Source: a bacterium (GTDB taxonomy: Bacteria > Patescibacteriota > Microgenomatia > Curtissbacterales > GWA2-41-24). Taken from it: a DNA stretch of 64,000 nt. Under the pieces are notes generated by a model. The model ran no database searches and was not told where the DNA came from. It saw nothing but the letters and a program-made list of their open reading frames with translations. Positions within the stretch are counted from its first letter, which is position 1. Every line of letters starts with the position of its first letter. The position numbers and the translations under genes were made by a program. This document shows positions 61,176 to 64,000 of this stretch, piece after piece. The stretch lies in the NCBI GenBank assembly GCA_021813945.1, contig JAKAJD010000003.1, positions 109,193 through 173,192 of the forward strand. Reading direction: 5' to 3'.

Positions 61176-63497
61176 TTAGAAGCTTGGTTTTTGGGTTGGA
61201 GCTGGGCTCGGTTGAGCTGAAGCTTCCGGGATTGGACTTGGAGAAGGTGAGGGGCTGGCGGATGGTTGGCCCTGTTGTTGTTTAGCGGCTTGTTCTTGAA
61301 GGTCCCTGAGTTGTTTGTTGTAGTCGTCTAGCTTTTTGTTGATATCTGAAAGCGCCGGGTCGTCTGATGGCAGGTATTGTTTGGCTAGTGACAATTCACT
61401 AACAATTGTGGGGACGCTGCCTTTTTTATCAATCAAAAGATTGGCCAGGTTGTAGTGTGCCGGGCCGTAATCACCCTTTGTTATGATGGCATCTTCAAAC
61501 TTTCTTTGGGCTAAATCGGCATTTCCCAACCTCTGGTAAAGAACGCCAAGCCTGTTGTGCAGAATTGGGTTTTGGGGATCTAAAGATACCGCCTGGGCTA
61601 ATGTGTTGGTGGCGTGGACATCTGCTCCTTGGACTGCTCCGATTAAGGCTTGATATACCGCTGCTAACGTTTCCCAGTTGGAAACATTGGCAGCTGAAAT
61701 GCCTGGAAGTTTAAGGGGCAAAATTTGATAGCCTGAGGCGGCTTTTCCTTGGTCTATGGCAACTTGGGCCAGTTGACCTAAAAGTTGTTTTTGGTTGTCG
61801 TTTAAGTCCTTTTGTTGGCTTAGATTGATAGCAGCGTTTAAGGTTGTTTGGGAAAGGGCACGGTGATAAGTGTCGATTGCCGGATTTGCCTGAATGGCTT
61901 GCTGCAGGTATTGAACGGTTTTATTGCCGTTATTGGATTGGGCAGCCAAAAGTGACTGGCGGTAGTAGTATTCGGCCCGGTAAGCATTAACCTGATAAAC
62001 AAGTGCTAAAAAGGAGGCGACTACAACAATAATGCCGAAGATAGCCGGAAGGATTTGAGATTTGGCTCCTTTGGCGCCTGCTTCTGTTTTAAGAAGAGCT
62101 TCACCTTCTCCGGGTGCGGCAATGGGAAACCAAGAGAAACGGTTTTTTAAAGCGGCCAGTTCCAGGGTTACTTCAAAGACGTAATCTTCATTAGTGGCTT
62201 TGGCCAGAACTGCCAACATTGAAAGGGCTAAAAAGAATGACGCATAGCTCGCAAATGAGGACACTGTAAAGAAGCTGGCAATAACATATCCCAAAATAGC
62301 AGCGGCAACTGGCAGGTAGACAAGAGTGTGCTGGCTTTTGAAAATCAGAGACCAGATGAATCTTAAGACGACTACCATAAGCAGTAGGTAAGCCAAGACT
62401 CCAAAGACGCCGGTTGTGGCGATTACATCGGTAAAGTCCGAAGAAGATTTATCGAAACGAACGGCCCAGCTTTGACCACCATTCATAACACGGGGCTTAA
62501 GCTGTGTGTAGACGAACTGGTAGGTGCCAGGGCCAGTCCCAAAAAGCGGTTTTTTACCGATCGCCTGGGCGGCGATGTCCCAAGCAGTTCCAGCCGGAAC
62601 AAGCTGTTCTTTGGGGGTGTCGATTTGTTGCTGCTCGGTTAGACCTTGATCCTTAGAAATGATCCATTGATAGAGCGTACCTTGAGCAACCTGCGGAACA
62701 AAGCGGATTACCAAAAAGAGGATGATAAAAACTGCCAAGACTGCGGCGTGACCCTGCTGGGTTTTGGTCAATTTTACCCTTAAGGTTCCGACAGTTAAAA
62801 AGATGAGGGCGACTGCAAGACCAATGTAGGCCGGTAGATCATTTATTAATATAAAGGAGAAAGCAAGAATCAGGGTGCAGCCGGTTGCGATTATTCTTAT
62901 CAATTTATCTTTTTCATAAATGGCCCAGGAGGCAGCAATTGGGATAACAAGAGCTTCCAAAAGAGCCAGGCGGTTGATGATGCCGACCGGGTTAAAGGAG
63001 CGGATATGTGCAAAATCAAACGGTAGGAAGGCACCAAAGTAGGAAGTTATGGCAACAAGAGCACCGATTGTGGTTGCGCCGACGAGGGTCCAGAGAACTG
63101 TGTTAACTTGGCGTCTGGTTTTTAAGGTTGCAACAGAAACAAAGTAGAATGCAGCAATTATTAAAAGAGGAATGAAGCTGGGCCAGGCCCTGCCCTGAAC
63201 TCCGAAAAAGGAGATGAATTGGTCAATTGAGGAGTAGGCAGCGATAAAATAGACGGCCAAAATCACAAGGATTGGAATGTCTAGCGGGGTTCTAGTAAAG
63301 ACGACTCTTTTTTCAAAAATCATTTTGACTGCCCAAACTATAAAGGAAGCAATTGTAAGTATTAAAAGGGCTGTGAATTTATTGAATTCAAAGAATTCAG
63401 AGGTTGTTGGCAGGAAGAAAAGGGGAGTTAGAAAGGCTGCGGCAACAACCAGCGAAAAGATTATGGATTGTGACAGCTTTAAGAAATTCTCTTTCAT
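61176..63497 (-). CDS. O-antigen ligase-like (Wzy_C) membrane protein with TPR
   Basis: W..A..AI...PLFGTGPGTY motif, about 12 TMs, TPRs, SP-rich tail. Confidence 0.75.
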   Translation of the reverse strand: MKENFLKLSQSIIFSLVVAAAFLTPLFFLPTTSEFFEFNKFTALLILTIASFIVWAVKMIFEKRVVFTRTPLDIPILVILAVYFIAAYSSIDQFISFFGVQGRAWPSFIPLLIIAAFYFVSVATLKTRRQVNTVLWTLVGATTIGALVAITSYFGAFLPFDFAHIRSFNPVGIINRLALLEALVIPIAASWAIYEKDKLIRIIATGCTLILAFSFILINDLPAYIGLAVALIFLTVGTLRVKLTKTQQGHAAVLAVFIILFLVIRFVPQVAQGTLYQWIISKDQGLTEQQQIDTPKEQLVPAGTAWDIAAQAIGKKPLFGTGPGTYQFVYTQLKPRVMNGGQSWAVRFDKSSSDFTDVIATTGVFGVLAYLLLMVVVLRFIWSLIFKSQHTLVYLPVAAAILGYVIASFFTVSSFASYASFFLALSMLAVLAKATNEDYVFEVTLELAALKNRFSWFPIAAPGEGEALLKTEAGAKGAKSQILPAIFGIIVVVASFLALVYQVNAYRAEYYYRQSLLAAQSNNGNKTVQYLQQAIQANPAIDTYHRALSQTTLNAAINLSQQKDLNDNQKQLLGQLAQVAIDQGKAASGYQILPLKLPGISAANVSNWETLAAVYQALIGAVQGADVHATNTLAQAVSLDPQNPILHNRLGVLYQRLGNADLAQRKFEDAIITKGDYGPAHYNLANLLIDKKGSVPTIVSELSLAKQYLPSDDPALSDINKKLDDYNKQLRDLQEQAAKQQQGQPSASPSPSPSPIPEASAQPSPAPTQKPSF

Positions 63498-63575
63498 TTT
63501 AGGCTATATATTCATATAAAATTAGACAACTTTTTTTGTCAAGTACCAAATTGTAACTCCTATGTTTTAGCTTCC

Positions 63576-63588
63576 AAGGCCTGGCCTT
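63576..63588. repeat. family A REP next to the transposase 3' end
   Basis: AAGGCCTGGCCTT, 46 nt from the stop codon. Confidence 0.7.
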
Positions 63589-63634
63589 GAAACGCTGATT
63601 GGAAAAAGTTATAGGGCAATGGTGAGATGATTGT

Positions 63635-64000
63635 TTAGGAATCGTGGGGGAAAATGAGGTGCTGTATTTTATATTGATATTCCTGTTCGGCTTTCACGAA
63701 TTCTCTGTATGAGTTACGTGCTGCATCAATACTAGCATTTTTTGTTTTGAACATCGCCAAAATAAATTTAGTATCCACAATATCATCAACTTTCTCTTCA
63801 ATGTAGGAAGGATAGCTGCTCCAGGAATATGAAGGGAGTTTGGTGACCAGTTTTTTTGGGTTTAGGTGAATATATCTGGAAAGGTGCATTAGATATTCAT
63901 CCTTATTTATGATTTTGGCTTTAAAGCGATCTTGAAAGACATGGCCAATTTGATCATATTTTTTGTTGAAGTACATCGAATATGCAGTGTGGAGCCTTTG
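63635..64000 (-). mobile_element. REP-associated tyrosine (Y1/HUH) transposase, C-terminal part
   Basis: YSMYFNKKY..GHVFQDRFK..YIHLNP..YxWSSY; frame open to the window end. Confidence 0.85.

Overview
This is 64 kb of a small-genome bacterial chromosome using the standard code. The rRNA signatures, unlinked rRNA genes, multiple pilins, DUF5663-like gene and membrane-fused Clp ATPase suggest Patescibacteria/CPR, probably Microgenomates-like (inference). It contains a compact MEP isoprenoid operon (dxr-ispD-ispF-ispE-ispG-ispH-polyprenyl synthase-uppS, no dxs) and amino-sugar and glycolytic genes. Six pilin-like genes surround the 16S gene, and the rRNA operon is broken up (16S, tRNA-Ile, tRNA-Ala, 23S, 5S in canonical order over ~22 kb with protein genes between). 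Also present are rpsA, radA, yacL, rho, obgE, a DUF5663-like gene followed by a 1455-aa glycosyltransferase-domain protein, three multi-TM/TPR glycosylation candidates and a partial RAYT-like Y1 transposase. The least explained layer is small repeated DNA: two REP-like palindrome families (one inserted in 23S rRNA), an in-frame palindromic insertion in radA, and degenerate 7-nt tandem arrays written in frame into several housekeeping genes. All calls come from motif recognition by eye; no database searches were run.
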